A stretch of 64,000 bases of DNA from Opitutales bacterium (GTDB lineage: Bacteria; Verrucomicrobiota; Verrucomicrobiia; Opitutales; UBA2987), in the NCBI GenBank assembly GCA_021772535.1, contig JAJFLV010000025.1, forward strand, positions 5,400 through 69,399, given 5' to 3'. A program made the translations under genes and the position numbers. The notes under the pieces were generated by a model. It was not told the origin of the DNA. It saw nothing but the letters and a program-made list of their open reading frames with translations, and searched no databases. Positions 1 to 10,953 of the stretch are shown piece by piece. Every line of letters begins with the position of its first letter. The first letter of the stretch is position 1.

Positions 1-3000
1 TGCCCTCTTCTTCCAACTGTAGTAGCCGCCGAAGCCGTATCATCAATTCTCCCTACGTTCTTTGCGGCTTTTGACTTAAACAGTCCTTTTGCCGCATCCC
101 ATAATTTTCCGCCGCCACTTATAATTCTTCTTCCAATCACGGTTGCTCCAACTACTTGTCCTGCCCCTGGCACTGCGGAAGCCCCATCAAAGCTAGCGTC
201 AACATAATTTCCTCTTCCCGCCGATATCGTTGCATTAACTCCATCTGCTATGTTTCCAACGGCCGGTATCAACCCAACTACACCAATAACTCCTTGAACA
301 ATATCTGCAGCACCTGAAGCAAAACCACTCTCCTCACCATCTACCGCACCATCCCCCCTGTCACTGGCAGATTCACTACGCTTTTCTAATTGGGTTTTAA
401 CCTCGGTTGCTTGATTTGAGGTTGAAGGCTGTATGGTTGAATTATTATTCGTTGTGGTAGAGGACTTTTTACTTTCTTCTGTATCGTCAGTTGATACTTC
501 AATTTTTTCAGTACCGTCAGGATCTTCCTTTGTCTCGAATACAGTATTCTCTTTGAAATTTTTGCTCGGATCAGCTTGCTTTGCCAGATTTGCTTCAACC
601 TCTATGGCGTCAGCTATGGTGTCCGTTGCACCGAGAGAAGTTTTATATCCGGGTGAAGACGCTGTGAGATGGTCCCGCCCGCCGAACCGCACATCGAAGG
701 CACGTCTCATCCCCAGGTAGTCCCATAAGTTTATGGCGTTGTTGCTGACGAAGGCGTAGAGGTTGAGCCCGCCTTCCTGCTCGATGGGGTCTCGGTTGAT
801 GAATCGACCTGTATCGGCGTTGTAGTAACGCCTGCCGTAGTAAACCAGATCGCTTTCACGGTCGGTGTATTTGGTGGAGAGGCCGAAGGAATTGGTTTTG
901 GCATAAGTCCCGCTTGAGCGCAAAAGCTCCCCGAACGGCGAATACTCGTAAACCGCATCCACGACCCCGTTCTGCGCGTTGACCAAGGCGTGCAGGTTGC
1001 CCAAGGAATCGTAGGCCGACAGATACTCGATGGAACCATCGGTCACCATTAACAACCCGCGCACACCGCCAGCCTCCTGCACCGTCCCGGAAATATCCAG
1101 ACCCCAGGTGTAGGTGCGTTCAATGGTGCCAGCCACATTCATTTCCGCAATCAGGTTCCAGCCATTGTAAAGAAAACGCTTGGTGTATTGCAAAGTCAAT
1201 GAGGGGCCGGAGTAATACACCTTCTCTACCCGCCGGTGCAGCTCGTCGTAACGAAAAACCAGCTTCTCATTCAAAATGCCGTTAGCCACCGCCGCCGCTT
1301 TTGTCTGCATTTGCACCAGACGATTCTCCGCATCGTAGGTGTAATCCCAGCGGGCGTCATTGCTCAGATTGCCGTCAAAATCATGATTGTAGCTCTCCGA
1401 AGAAGGCGGCACAAAGCTGGTGCGTGTCTCTCGATTGTAAATATCCTCGCTCAACGGCCCCAGGTCCGCCTGCCCCGCTAAAATCTCCACCGATTGCGGG
1501 GCTGGATCGACTCCATTACTAACAGCCATTTCAGCATAAAAATAGTCGCTGACCCGGCTGGCAAGCGTTCCTTCCACCAAAACACTGCCCGCGCTGTTGG
1601 CCAGACCACTGATCCCGATCATCCCCGTAGCACTCCGGCTGATGTATTGATTCAGATTATTGGGCGTATAAACTGTCGCCGACTGCGAATCGATCTGGGC
1701 GCTCGTGCGGTTGCCGATATGGTCGTAATCATAGACGAAAGTGCGCCCCGGCAAGACCGTCCCCGCCACATCCGGATCGGTCCCCACATCCGTCCAGGCC
1801 TTGTGCAATTCGCTACGGTCAAAGAGGCTGCCCGACTTGGTGTATTCGTAATGCTCCATTAACCCCACCCCATAGCGACTGAAAATCGAACCCGTCTTAA
1901 CCACATCCCGACGACGCCCCAGGTCGTCGTAGCGGTAACCGAAGCGAGCGATGCTGCTCACCCCCAATGTCGTTTCAATGGACTGTAGAAGGTTTCGATT
2001 AGGCTCATAAATCAGCGATTGCGAATAAGCTCCACCGCCGGTCGAGTTGCGTGTGATCGAATTCACATTGTTTGTGTTGGACAAATAACCATAAGTGAAG
2101 GCTCCTGTGCCCGAGTTGACTGTTTCCAGACGAGCGGTCGCGGGATTGAACCCATAAGTGACTTCGGTGTCTTTGCTCGCTGCCGAAAGCCCGAACCAAT
2201 TCCCGGTATTTCGACCATTGGGGCCATAGGTGTAAGTTAGCCGCTTCCCGGTACCATAAAATCCACTCTCAAAATCGACATAATCAAGCTGATTGTCTGT
2301 CGCGCGATAGACAAATGTGCGAGTGCCGGTAACATTTTCCGTCACGGATTTCTTCTGCCCCAACCGATTGTACTCGTAAGAGACATCCGGCGTAGTGTCC
2401 GAATATTGAATATCCTTGAGTTCTCCCGTAAAGTTGCCCGCAGCCTCAAAGTAATTGCGCGTGATGGTGATAGTGGGCGTTCGTGCCAGAGTTGTCAAAG
2501 TAAGCTGCCCCCGCACATTGTATTGGTAAGAGGTGGTTTTGTTGGCAGCATCTACCTTACTTGTTAAAAGTCCGGTGCTGGCCTGGTAATTGGAGGTGGT
2601 GGTATCGCCCGTTCCGGGTGAATCCGGCCAATCGGCATCATTCCAACTTTCCCCGCCACCGGGATCGGCGCGATAGGTCGTCACCGTGGTCCTTTCGCCG
2701 TAATTAGGATCATAACCATATTCCACCGGATAAGGAACCTCACCCCAGATATTTGTCACTTGGTCCCTGTTGTTATAGGCGAAATACTTTTTCTTGAGCA
2801 AGTGATTGCGCTCATAATCCAATCTACCTGCAAAGTCATAAAAAAAGCTTGTTTCTTTGTCCGCTGTATCAGTTACCTTTTCCACCTCTCCCGTGGTTAT
2901 ATCGTATGTCGTGGAGGTCGTTCCAAAGTGATCGGTCACTTCAGTTTGGCGGTTTTTATCGTCATAACCAAAATCGACTGTGACTCCCTGGGCGTCTTCA

Positions 3001-6000
3001 TTCTTCATCAGCAAACCATTGATCGATGTCGAAGTTTGATCATTGGTCGAAAAAGGGAAATCGGTGACAACCACAACTTTTTTTTCACTGCGAAAGACAC
3101 TGGTCTGGGTCGTAGTCAGGTTGTCATTGATGTCATAAGTCCTCGTTTCAGCCGCCACCCCATTCGCGGTAAATCCATTTAAGCGGTTCCACACTTTACT
3201 GGTGACTTTGGGGGTGCCAACGTCGGCGGTGGGATAAGTGGTGTTTGTGATTTTTAACCAGATATTCCCGGTATCTTCATCAAATACCGTATCCTGTTCC
3301 TCGATTCGGTCATCAGAAACCTTATCAAGCACATCGTTTGTGTTGAGATCCAGGCCGCTAAGCACCTGCTCTCCCCGATCATTATACTCGAACAAGGTAA
3401 TTATGCCATTGGAATCAGTTTTCCAAAATTGGCCCTTAGAATTGTAATAATTGAATGTTTGAGAATATCCTGTGAAGGCTGGCCGGTAGTATTCGTAATC
3501 CCGGTTTAGCCAATCCCTTCGCGTGGTGGTCCAACGGGGACCACTCTCTACCCCAACCGTGACCTTCTCACTCAAAAAAAACGTAGTCCCAGAGGTAAAA
3601 CCCATATCATACATCTCATAGGTATAAAAACTGTTAACCTGAGCATCCCCTGTAATTTTTTGCACGCGCTGATCAAGATATTTGGTGGTAATGCGCTGGG
3701 AATTATTCGGTAAGGTGACTGTTTCAACCTGCTCTCCGTTGGCACCAGAGTAATCGTATAGGGTCGTATAAGGCCCTGGAACTGTTTCACTTACTAATCG
3801 CCCACCCTTGTCGTACACTCTCGTCGTAACCAAAGGGTTTGTCGTTCCAACTGAAATACTCGTCAAAAGGTTGTCCGGTGAGTAAGTATAAGTAGTCACC
3901 AAATCGTCTTGCTCCGGAAATCCGCCCGCAGCAGCGATACCCTTCTTGGTTTCAGTCTTTACCCGGCCTAAACCATCATAGGTATAGGAGGTTTTAATTC
4001 CCTGTTCATCCGTTTGCGAATCCTTGAGATCATTTATCCATTCCGCCGAATATATTTGCCCGTTGGAATCGCTACGATTTTTAAGCTTCCCCGCTGCGTC
4101 GTAAGTCAAGTCAGTCTCCACGATTAGCTTCTTAATATCTACTCCACCGACATAAAGATATTTCTGCTTTCGTGCCGTTAAAGCCCTGTCATCGCGAATA
4201 ACCACTTCAATCGTCGATACATAAGGTACCATGTAAATCGGATCGACGATTCCAGGATTAGCACCGGGAGCCAGCGGATCGATATTCTGCCCTTCCCATT
4301 GCTCAACCTTAACGGAGTCTGTCACTTGAGTTGAATATCCATTTAAGGTTATCAGCATTCGATCTTTTTCTGTACCCGTTCGCCAAGATTCCGTTGTAAA
4401 TACTTTAGTGGTTTGATTGTATTCACCTCTGTAGTAAACAAATGCCTGTTTACTTCCATCGGGATTAATGACATAGGTCGTCATGCCCACCATAAAATCG
4501 TTGTATTCTGTATCTTCAAATTCATCAAAACCGTATGTTTTTGTTCCAGTGAGGGTAGTATTGCCCTCATTATCGCTGTAATCGGTACGTTCAGAATACC
4601 TCGTTAAACCCGTATAATCATCTCTAGCCTCATCAAAATAAAGTTCTTCATATGACCTAATAGTACGGGTTTTAAATACCGTTTTATTCTCAATTTTTTC
4701 CTCGATTGATTTTGGACCCATTCCTTCATAATCTTCGGTATCAATATTTTCATGGATCGTGACATGAGTGCCTGTTGTAGTAGGCGCTGAAATTAAAGGA
4801 GTGTTCCCAAATGGACGATAAATTTCCTTTACCTTTCCACGAATTCCCCAAAACGCAGAATCATCGTAAACGTAGAAGAGCCAGGAACCATTGGGATTTA
4901 CTTTTGATTTAACTTTTCTGTAACTGAAATCATCGGTCGATTCAGTATAATAGGCATATTCGGTTTTGTACGTTCTCGGAGTTTCACCCTCAAGAATTTC
5001 TACCAGCTCCTCGCCCCAATCAAAAATCTGAAAAGTCTTTACTGTTTGCGCCTTAACTCCCTCTGCTGTGTTTTCTACCGTGATTGATTCATAGCGCTTC
5101 GTATCTACATTAGGGTATAGTGCATCGTATGTGTTCGTACCGGTAATTTTTCGGATAACGCCAGGAGAAGCGTGGTGCCAGTCCTCAAGTACCCAGTTGT
5201 CCGTACTTGTTTTCGTGTAGGTTGTGGCTTTTACATCTGCTCCCGCAGTTCTCGTGATTTTTAGGCCATTGTATGTGGCAGGCTTTTCAAGCTTGTAAAT
5301 GACATAAGCAGTAGTGTCATACTCCCAAACTTGAGTTGTAGCATTATATTTTTTGGCGAAAAAGTGAAGTTCATAACTGGTGGCTGTAATATTTTCGACT
5401 TTTGCTTTTGCTTGACTTGACAGGAAAAACAACTCTCCTGACGGTTGTTCAACGCCCCAAGATGTCTCGGAATGAAATGTGTCAAAATAGAGAGCCCCTT
5501 GTGAATAAATTAATGGGTCGTCTGGGTCTTGTGCAAGGACTATATGTCCTGCAGAATTGCCGTTTTTGAGATAACCCATCGATACATACCACATTACCTT
5601 GTCCTTTCCTGGAATGATGGATGATCCTTGACCTGCCAATGCAACCTCAGCCCATTGCGTTTTATGAACCTCTAAGGTAAACTGATCAGGATTGTCCGGA
5701 TCGTTCAGGAATTCGTATGATATGAATTCATCGACTTTTTTATTGTTAATCGAAATAAAGTACCCTGGGATAGGTTTAAATCTCACTTCGTAGCCAGTGT
5801 TATTTAATCCTGTAACATCTACTGTGTATTTCTTTCCCTCTTCGAATAGCCCATATCCATTATCAAATATCACCGGAGGATTAACGGTCCGAGTATAGTT
5901 GGCTTGTGCACCTGCAATTAAGGGTATGTCAACATGAAGTTCAGCTGTAGGGGACAATCCTGAAGTATCTCCTAGAGCTATAAATTCTATCGGAATCTTT

Positions 6001-6134
6001 AGCGGATTGTCCATCACCTGAGAATAAGATGGCTGAACAATTATCAAAGATGCTCCAGCCAAAACTCCAATCAGTTTGATTAAAAAAGCACCGCCAAGCG
6101 GTAAATTAAAATATTTTGAAAGATTATTTTTCAT
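1..6134 (-). CDS. RHS/YD-repeat polymorphic toxin with N-terminal signal-like peptide; C-terminus runs off the window (alternative in-frame ATG at 6164)
   Basis: Absent from the ORF track, consistent with no in-frame stop in the window. Manual translation gives N-term MKNNLSKYFNLPLGGAFLIKLIGVLAGASLIIVQPSYSQ. The RHS core YEYSPFGELL...LVYYGRRYYNADTGRFINRDPIEQEGGLNLYAFVSNNAINLWDYLG (~715-950) is in the same frame, followed by the pre-toxin-like DIVQGVIGVVGLIPAVGNIADGVNATISAGRGNY. Confidence 0.9.
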   Translation of the reverse strand, partial: MKNNLSKYFNLPLGGAFLIKLIGVLAGASLIIVQPSYSQVMDNPLKIPIEFIALGDTSGLSPTAELHVDIPLIAGAQANYTRTVNPPVIFDNGYGLFEEGKKYTVDVTGLNNTGYEVRFKPIPGYFISINNKKVDEFISYEFLNDPDNPDQFTLEVHKTQWAEVALAGQGSSIIPGKDKVMWYVSMGYLKNGNSAGHIVLAQDPDDPLIYSQGALYFDTFHSETSWGVEQPSGELFFLSSQAKAKVENITATSYELHFFAKKYNATTQVWEYDTTAYVIYKLEKPATYNGLKITRTAGADVKATTYTKTSTDNWVLEDWHHASPGVIRKITGTNTYDALYPNVDTKRYESITVENTAEGVKAQTVKTFQIFDWGEELVEILEGETPRTYKTEYAYYTESTDDFSYRKVKSKVNPNGSWLFYVYDDSAFWGIRGKVKEIYRPFGNTPLISAPTTTGTHVTIHENIDTEDYEGMGPKSIEEKIENKTVFKTRTIRSYEELYFDEARDDYTGLTRYSERTDYSDNEGNTTLTGTKTYGFDEFEDTEYNDFMVGMTTYVINPDGSKQAFVYYRGEYNQTTKVFTTESWRTGTEKDRMLITLNGYSTQVTDSVKVEQWEGQNIDPLAPGANPGIVDPIYMVPYVSTIEVVIRDDRALTARKQKYLYVGGVDIKKLIVETDLTYDAAGKLKNRSDSNGQIYSAEWINDLKDSQTDEQGIKTSYTYDGLGRVKTETKKGIAAAGGFPEQDDLVTTYTYSPDNLLTSISVGTTNPLVTTRVYDKGGRLVSETVPGPYTTLYDYSGANGEQVETVTLPNNSQRITTKYLDQRVQKITGDAQVNSFYTYEMYDMGFTSGTTFFLSEKVTVGVESGPRWTTTRRDWLNRDYEYYRPAFTGYSQTFNYYNSKGQFWKTDSNGIITLFEYNDRGEQVLSGLDLNTNDVLDKVSDDRIEEQDTVFDEDTGNIWLKITNTTYPTADVGTPKVTSKVWNRLNGFTANGVAAETRTYDINDNLTTTQTSVFRSEKKVVVVTDFPFSTNDQTSTSINGLLMKNEDAQGVTVDFGYDDKNRQTEVTDHFGTTSTTYDITTGEVEKVTDTADKETSFFYDFAGRLDYERNHLLKKKYFAYNNRDQVTNIWGEVPYPVEYGYDPNYGERTTVTTYRADPGGGESWNDADWPDSPGTGDTTTSNYQASTGLLTSKVDAANKTTSYQYNVRGQLTLTTLARTPTITITRNYFEAAGNFTGELKDIQYSDTTPDVSYEYNRLGQKKSVTENVTGTRTFVYRATDNQLDYVDFESGFYGTGKRLTYTYGPNGRNTGNWFGLSAASKDTEVTYGFNPATARLETVNSGTGAFTYGYLSNTNNVNSITRNSTGGGAYSQSLIYEPNRNLLQSIETTLGVSSIARFGYRYDDLGRRRDVVKTGSIFSRYGVGLMEHYEYTKSGSLFDRSELHKAWTDVGTDPDVAGTVLPGRTFVYDYDHIGNRTSAQIDSQSATVYTPNNLNQYISRSATGMIGISGLANSAGSVLVEGTLASRVSDYFYAEMAVSNGVDPAPQSVEILAGQADLGPLSEDIYNRETRTSFVPPSSESYNHDFDGNLSNDARWDYTYDAENRLVQMQTKAAAVANGILNEKLVFRYDELHRRVEKVYYSGPSLTLQYTKRFLYNGWNLIAEMNVAGTIERTYTWGLDISGTVQEAGGVRGLLMVTDGSIEYLSAYDSLGNLHALVNAQNGVVDAVYEYSPFGELLRSSGTYAKTNSFGLSTKYTDRESDLVYYGRRYYNADTGRFINRDPIEQEGGLNLYAFVSNNAINLWDYLGMRRAFDVRFGGRDHLTASSPGYKTSLGATDTIADAIEVEANLAKQADPSKNFKENTVFETKEDPDGTEKIEVSTDDTEESKKSSTTTNNNSTIQPSTSNQATEVKTQLEKRSESASDRGDGAVDGEESGFASGAADIVQGVIGVVGLIPAVGNIADGVNATISAGRGNYVDASFDGASAVPGAGQVVGATVIGRRIISGGGKLWDAAKGLFKSKAAKNVGRIDDTASAATTVGRRG

Positions 6135-6194
6135 CTTGCATATGTTCGGTAATATTAAATTCATACTCAGATCGGCCTTTGATTTTTAAATTAG

Positions 6195-6767
6195 TTATTC
6201 AACCTGCGTTTGATGTTTTTTTATCAGCGCAATTTCCACCTGGAGTCTATCCACCTCTCTTGAAAATCGTCGTGAATCAGGAGAGAGAGCTACAGCTTGC
6301 GAGTATGCAGCAGCAGCAGCTTCCAAATTTCGGAAGTAGTTCTCCTGTAAAAACGCTAACGACTTGAGAACTTTTAGTTTATCTTCAACTGCTTCTTTGC
6401 CTAATAGACTAAGAGTTGATTCAAATTCAATAATGGCTTGGTTTGCCAGTTGATCAGCAATAGACTTTTCTCTTTCTTCTTTGAGAATTACTGCTGTCCG
6501 GGCTTTCAAATGGGCATAATTTCGATGCCAATTTGGAGTTCCCCTTGGATGTGTTATGATATTTTCTAGCTTTTGTTCTCCTGCAGCAATATTTCCGGCC
6601 TTGAAATCTTCTTTTGCCTCATTCGTACTTTGTATTATTTCAGCAGCACGAGTCCTTCCTAGTTCGCCCGGCGTTTCACTAGATTGCCCTTGGCCATAGA
6701 CAGAAAGATGGAATTGCAAAATGAAAATTAACAGGAACAATATAGATTTTCTTTTTGTTGTTTTCAT
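6195..6767 (-). CDS. Secreted TPR-like helical protein
   Basis: Signal peptide; TPR-like LEAAAAAYSQAVALSPD; directly upstream of the RHS gene. Confidence 0.65.
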   Translation of the reverse strand: MKTTKRKSILFLLIFILQFHLSVYGQGQSSETPGELGRTRAAEIIQSTNEAKEDFKAGNIAAGEQKLENIITHPRGTPNWHRNYAHLKARTAVILKEEREKSIADQLANQAIIEFESTLSLLGKEAVEDKLKVLKSLAFLQENYFRNLEAAAAAYSQAVALSPDSRRFSREVDRLQVEIALIKKHQTQVE

Positions 6768-6835
6768 AACTTAATCCGGTATTCGGTTATTTTTCTTTAA
6801 ATATTTTGTTAAAATTCTATGCTGGCTTTTTACGC

Positions 6836-9367
6836 TTACTCTTCCGGCTTAAATATATCGAGTTGTAGCAGGTTCGATGTATCATCGAGTCCAGATTGAC
6901 TGGGATCAGTCCCCATAAGGAATTCTTCATGGTTAGTGAGACTGTCGCTGGATGGAGTTTCCGAATCGTCGTTACCGTTTTGACCTGTGATAGTGGGGAA
7001 GTATGTTAATTCCCAGGAATCCTTTAACCCATCGGAATCGTTGTCCGGTATGTTTACTGTTGGGTCACTGCCGATCTGGAATTCTTGTAGATTGGTGAGT
7101 CCATCACCATCAGAATCAATACCAGGGAGAACGTTCACAGGTAGAGTCGGGTCAAAATAAAAATTTTCCCAAGAATCGAGAATGTTGTCATCGTCACTAT
7201 CGGCTAAATATTGAAACCAGTCTTCAATTTGAGGATCATCGTTCCAAAACTGATTATTCGTGTTATCATACCAGAGCCAGGCTCCTCCTTGAGTTCCTTG
7301 ATCTTCTCCCCATATCCAGGGGTAATTTGTATTATCGGTCCAGAGCCAGCCGAGTTGATCGTTCCACATCCAAATAGGGTCGGGAGGCGTATCGGTTAAG
7401 AGATTGAACCAGAGTCTCATGTTGTCGCTCCATATCCACGGATACTCGCCCGCGTAAATCCACCCAAACCAAGTGGAATTAAACCAGCCGGGAGTAGCAA
7501 TCGGATCCTCCTCGGTTGCAGTAAAATTGTTCCATAAAAAAGTATCTGCTGCGGCCGGGGGTGAAACTCCTCCTGTTGCTGATAAGGAATATACCGGGGG
7601 AATCAAATTGGGAATATCGCTAAGGAGCGGGTCTGAACCAGAGCTACTGCCTCCATCACGTGAGCTTTCGGCTGGACCGGTTCCTGTCGGTGTATATCCA
7701 GCATTAAGTGTCAGGAGGATTTTATCAATTTTTGAACCGTCTTCACGCATCCAAAAGTTCAATGTCTGGTCAGCACCGGCGCTGATGTTTATTCTAGCAT
7801 CATTAGTACCGTCTCTGGTGTCTTTAGACCAATTCCATTGGTTATTTGGACTGTTGGGTTGTAATCTATCAGAAGTTGATGGGTATGGGGCATTATCATT
7901 AATACCGGCGTGAAAGGAATCATCCGAACCACTTGTTATATAAGCCCTAAACCATACATGGTAATTGCCAGCAGTGATAAAACTTACTTGGTATTGCAGT
8001 TCTGGGCTGTTTGCAGCATATCCTGTATCTTGATTTAGTCCTGTATTTGGCAAGGCTTCCATATATCCCGTGCCAGAGTACGATCCATGGGTGGTTTTAA
8101 GATCCCAGGATTTTCCATTTCTTGGAATATTATTGTCAAAATTTTCCGCTTCAATGACGATCATCCCTCCGCTCTCTATAAATGGGCCAGTTCCAGTTCC
8201 GCTTCCACACTCTCCGGGATTAATTACTATCGGATTAGTGCCTCCCAAGTATTCCGTAAGGTTATCTAAACAGTCGTTATCAGGGTCGCCCGTTGCCGTT
8301 TGATTAAGATTTCCCCAATACTGGATTTCCCAATTGTCGTGTAAACCATCGCTATCGGTATCTACCAAGGTAAATACAATGGGATTAGTACCTCCCTGGT
8401 ATTCCTGAAGGTTGCTTAAACCGTCATTATCGGGGTCGCCTGCTGCCGTTTGATTAAGATTTCCCCAATACTGGATTTCCCAATTGTCGTCCATTCCATC
8501 GCTATCAGTGTCGACAAAGTTTGACACAATTGGATTTGTTCCTCCCTGGTATTCTTGTAGATTCGTCAAACCGTCATTATCGGGGTCACCGTTGGCACCA
8601 TTATTTCCAGAACCTGAAAAAGGACTGAGACCATATTGAACTTCCCATCCATCAGGCAATCCATCTCCTTCGGAATCACTTTTCCAGAGAGTGGTACCTA
8701 TTTGCCATTCAGTTAGATCGTTCAAAGTGTCGCCATCAGTGTCAGTAAGAAATCGATTTCCCCCTAATTGTGTATCTTCCCAATCATCTAATCCGTCTCC
8801 ATCGGTATCGACAGCGTCCCAGATCTGCAACCGATAATTACCTGTATTGGTAGTGTAAATTGCTTCATATGGAATTATTTCAATTTTAACACTCCCACCA
8901 TTCCCTATAGATTGTGGAGAAACATTTTCCCAGAATCCCCCTTCCTCTGGAATTAGTAATCCGTAGACCTGATATTTTTTATATGGTTTGTCGTACCAGC
9001 GAAATTCAAGTTGGGATGGCAATCCTCCGCTGTATATGACATTGGGATCATAACCCGGTATGAAGTCAGGTCTCTCCGAATTAGAGTTCCACAATGGATC
9101 GGTTCCACCAATAGATTCTTCTAGGTTGTTAAAGCCATCACCGTCATTATCATTCAGTGGGCCACAGGCAGGGCATTCCTCGCCTAAATCCAATCGAGAA
9201 AACCAGACATCAGACATACCGTCACCGTTGGTATCAACTTTTGCATAGCCAATTTGGTTTGCTAAGGTAATGGCGGAATATAGCGTTGCAAAAAAAGCAA
9301 AAGAGTATGCCATTTTCCGGATTCTAGATTTGTTAAAACAAGTTGATCGATTATTAATTTTCATCAC
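6836..9367 (-). CDS. Secreted protein with bacterial thrombospondin type-3-like Ca-binding repeats, a carbohydrate-binding-like beta-sandwich and a Trp-rich domain
   Basis: Many DxDGDG/DPDNDGL...EY..GTNP repeats; IVIEAENF...REDGSKIDKILLT module; WFNSTWFGWIY...YPWIW domain; signal peptide. Confidence 0.8.
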   Translation of the reverse strand: MMKINNRSTCFNKSRIRKMAYSFAFFATLYSAITLANQIGYAKVDTNGDGMSDVWFSRLDLGEECPACGPLNDNDGDGFNNLEESIGGTDPLWNSNSERPDFIPGYDPNVIYSGGLPSQLEFRWYDKPYKKYQVYGLLIPEEGGFWENVSPQSIGNGGSVKIEIIPYEAIYTTNTGNYRLQIWDAVDTDGDGLDDWEDTQLGGNRFLTDTDGDTLNDLTEWQIGTTLWKSDSEGDGLPDGWEVQYGLSPFSGSGNNGANGDPDNDGLTNLQEYQGGTNPIVSNFVDTDSDGMDDNWEIQYWGNLNQTAAGDPDNDGLSNLQEYQGGTNPIVFTLVDTDSDGLHDNWEIQYWGNLNQTATGDPDNDCLDNLTEYLGGTNPIVINPGECGSGTGTGPFIESGGMIVIEAENFDNNIPRNGKSWDLKTTHGSYSGTGYMEALPNTGLNQDTGYAANSPELQYQVSFITAGNYHVWFRAYITSGSDDSFHAGINDNAPYPSTSDRLQPNSPNNQWNWSKDTRDGTNDARINISAGADQTLNFWMREDGSKIDKILLTLNAGYTPTGTGPAESSRDGGSSSGSDPLLSDIPNLIPPVYSLSATGGVSPPAAADTFLWNNFTATEEDPIATPGWFNSTWFGWIYAGEYPWIWSDNMRLWFNLLTDTPPDPIWMWNDQLGWLWTDNTNYPWIWGEDQGTQGGAWLWYDNTNNQFWNDDPQIEDWFQYLADSDDDNILDSWENFYFDPTLPVNVLPGIDSDGDGLTNLQEFQIGSDPTVNIPDNDSDGLKDSWELTYFPTITGQNGNDDSETPSSDSLTNHEEFLMGTDPSQSGLDDTSNLLQLDIFKPEE
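8229..8590. repeat. 150-bp (50-aa) tandem repeat, about 2.4 copies, inside the TSP3-like gene
   Basis: Near-identical tgccgtttgattaagatttccccaatactggatttcccaattgtcgt at ~8294 and ~8444. Confidence 0.85.
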
Positions 9368-10382
9368 TCGAAAGAAAATATGGTAGAATATTAGTTGGTT
9401 CTTTTAGAATGAATGCGGACTCGGCAACAACGTTCACACGTTCGTTGGGACGAAGCCCAACTGCATTGATCCAAGAGCGTGAAATATCCGGGACGAACCG
9501 AATATTTCCAGCCTCATCTGGAGCGGTTGTCAAAGCACCGACATCTCCGGCAAGCATTATGGGCTGTGGGTTTGTACGGCTACTAACAACACGCGCACGG
9601 GCACGCTCTATGTAATTAGATTGTTTGTGGGTGCCTTGTTGGAGATCACTCATAATGTTAATACCCGGCTCTACGGGGAGATTGAAGGAGTCTACCACAA
9701 GTGGACCGCTAACGGCAATTTTGATCCCCGCCAACTCTTTGCGACGTAAAAAAAGCCCCTGACCAGGGTAAATGATGACGTCTCCACTCAGAATTCGTGG
9801 TGCACTGGCTTTTACCCAGCCAGCCATTACTGTGGAGAAAAAGTAAATCTCGGGAACTTGATTGCGGGCATCGAAAATAATCAATTCATCCGCTTCATTT
9901 TGCGTTTTACCAGATTTTAAGCCGTAGCGATTGTCTACTCCAAAGAAGGAGAAAAGTGTGTGGTGTCTGCCGATACGGATTTTTTCACTTCCCTGTAAAA
10001 TCGAAGATAGGTCACTAGCAGTAGTTAAAATCATTGAGGTTTCAGACAAGTTTTCAATGTCGGAAAACTGTCCACGATTCGGACCAGTTACAATTTCGAC
10101 ATAATACTGACTAGTATTCAGATCAAAATTCTCCTCTACCAACTGCCCCTTTTTAAAAAGTAGCTCCCGCCCAGTTGCGTTTTGTAGTTGGCCTCGAAAA
10201 AGTATTTCCCGATATAATGGAATGCCAAATAAATTGACTGTAGGGGTTTTATCAACTGCACAGCCCTTCAGTTCCAATTCCACGACCGAGCGTGTCTTCC
10301 CATAGACAACGGCAGCATTTGTCTCAGCAGGAAAGGCAAAGAACCCAATCAGGCATAAGGTAATGATTATTAATGTCTTCAT
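9354..10382 (-). CDS. TIGR02597-like Verrucomicrobia secreted protein
   Basis: Signal peptide; YYVEIVTG..G, HHTL..FFG, ADELIIFD and IIYPGQGLFLRRK motifs typical of this family. Confidence 0.65.
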   Translation of the reverse strand: MKTLIIITLCLIGFFAFPAETNAAVVYGKTRSVVELELKGCAVDKTPTVNLFGIPLYREILFRGQLQNATGRELLFKKGQLVEENFDLNTSQYYVEIVTGPNRGQFSDIENLSETSMILTTASDLSSILQGSEKIRIGRHHTLFSFFGVDNRYGLKSGKTQNEADELIIFDARNQVPEIYFFSTVMAGWVKASAPRILSGDVIIYPGQGLFLRRKELAGIKIAVSGPLVVDSFNLPVEPGINIMSDLQQGTHKQSNYIERARARVVSSRTNPQPIMLAGDVGALTTAPDEAGNIRFVPDISRSWINAVGLRPNERVNVVAESAFILKEPTNILPYFLSSDEN

Positions 10383-10913
10383 AGCTATAACGTAATGAAA
10401 TATTTTTACTGATAGTCGTTAGTAGTTTTATGTTTTAATCGTCAAAGAAGTAATTTTGTGCAGCAGGGTGATGTGTTTGAACCAGAGCGGGAATCTCCAT
10501 AAATTGGGTTCCGATCCAATTGCCGAAATCAAAGTGCAATCGAGTTATATGTCCAAGCTCAAACACATCCTCGCCCTTTCTTAGGACGGAAGGAACAGAT
10601 CGGCATGCAAACGTCGGTTGCATTAATTTCAAATCGAGTAGTGTCAGATATTTTCAGTTAGGTGTTTACTTTTTTCAATGAGAGTAACGTTTAGGTTTTT
10701 GCAAGTCAAATTTGAATAAAAAACAAACTTTTTTCATATTTTTCCCATCACGGTAGGCAGCTCCGACCATCTGTAACTGTTCTTAGATTTTTGTTATTTT
10801 CTGACAATATGTTAATTATCAAGATGTTGGGAGAATCATCACAAATTTTTGTTTCGGCAATAATTTCGCGAAAAAATTTTTTAACTGTAAAATGAAAACT
10901 ATAGTAGAAGTAC

Positions 10914-10953
10914 GTAAGGGAATTCCTTACATTGGGCAGGAAAAACCCTTACA
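10914..10953. promoter_or_regulatory. Tandem palindromic operator-like sites upstream of the RHS operon
   Basis: GTAAGG-GAATT-CCTTAC dyad at 10914-10930, then the related GGCAGGAAAAACCCTTAC. Confidence 0.4.

Noticed and set aside
386-6367. Many short ORFs listed across the RHS region
   Set aside because: Shadow or alternate-frame ORFs overlapping the long minus-strand RHS frame and TPR gene
10435-10632. 65-aa ORF upstream of the TIGR02597-like gene
   Set aside because: TTG start, no recognisable motif; cannot be supported
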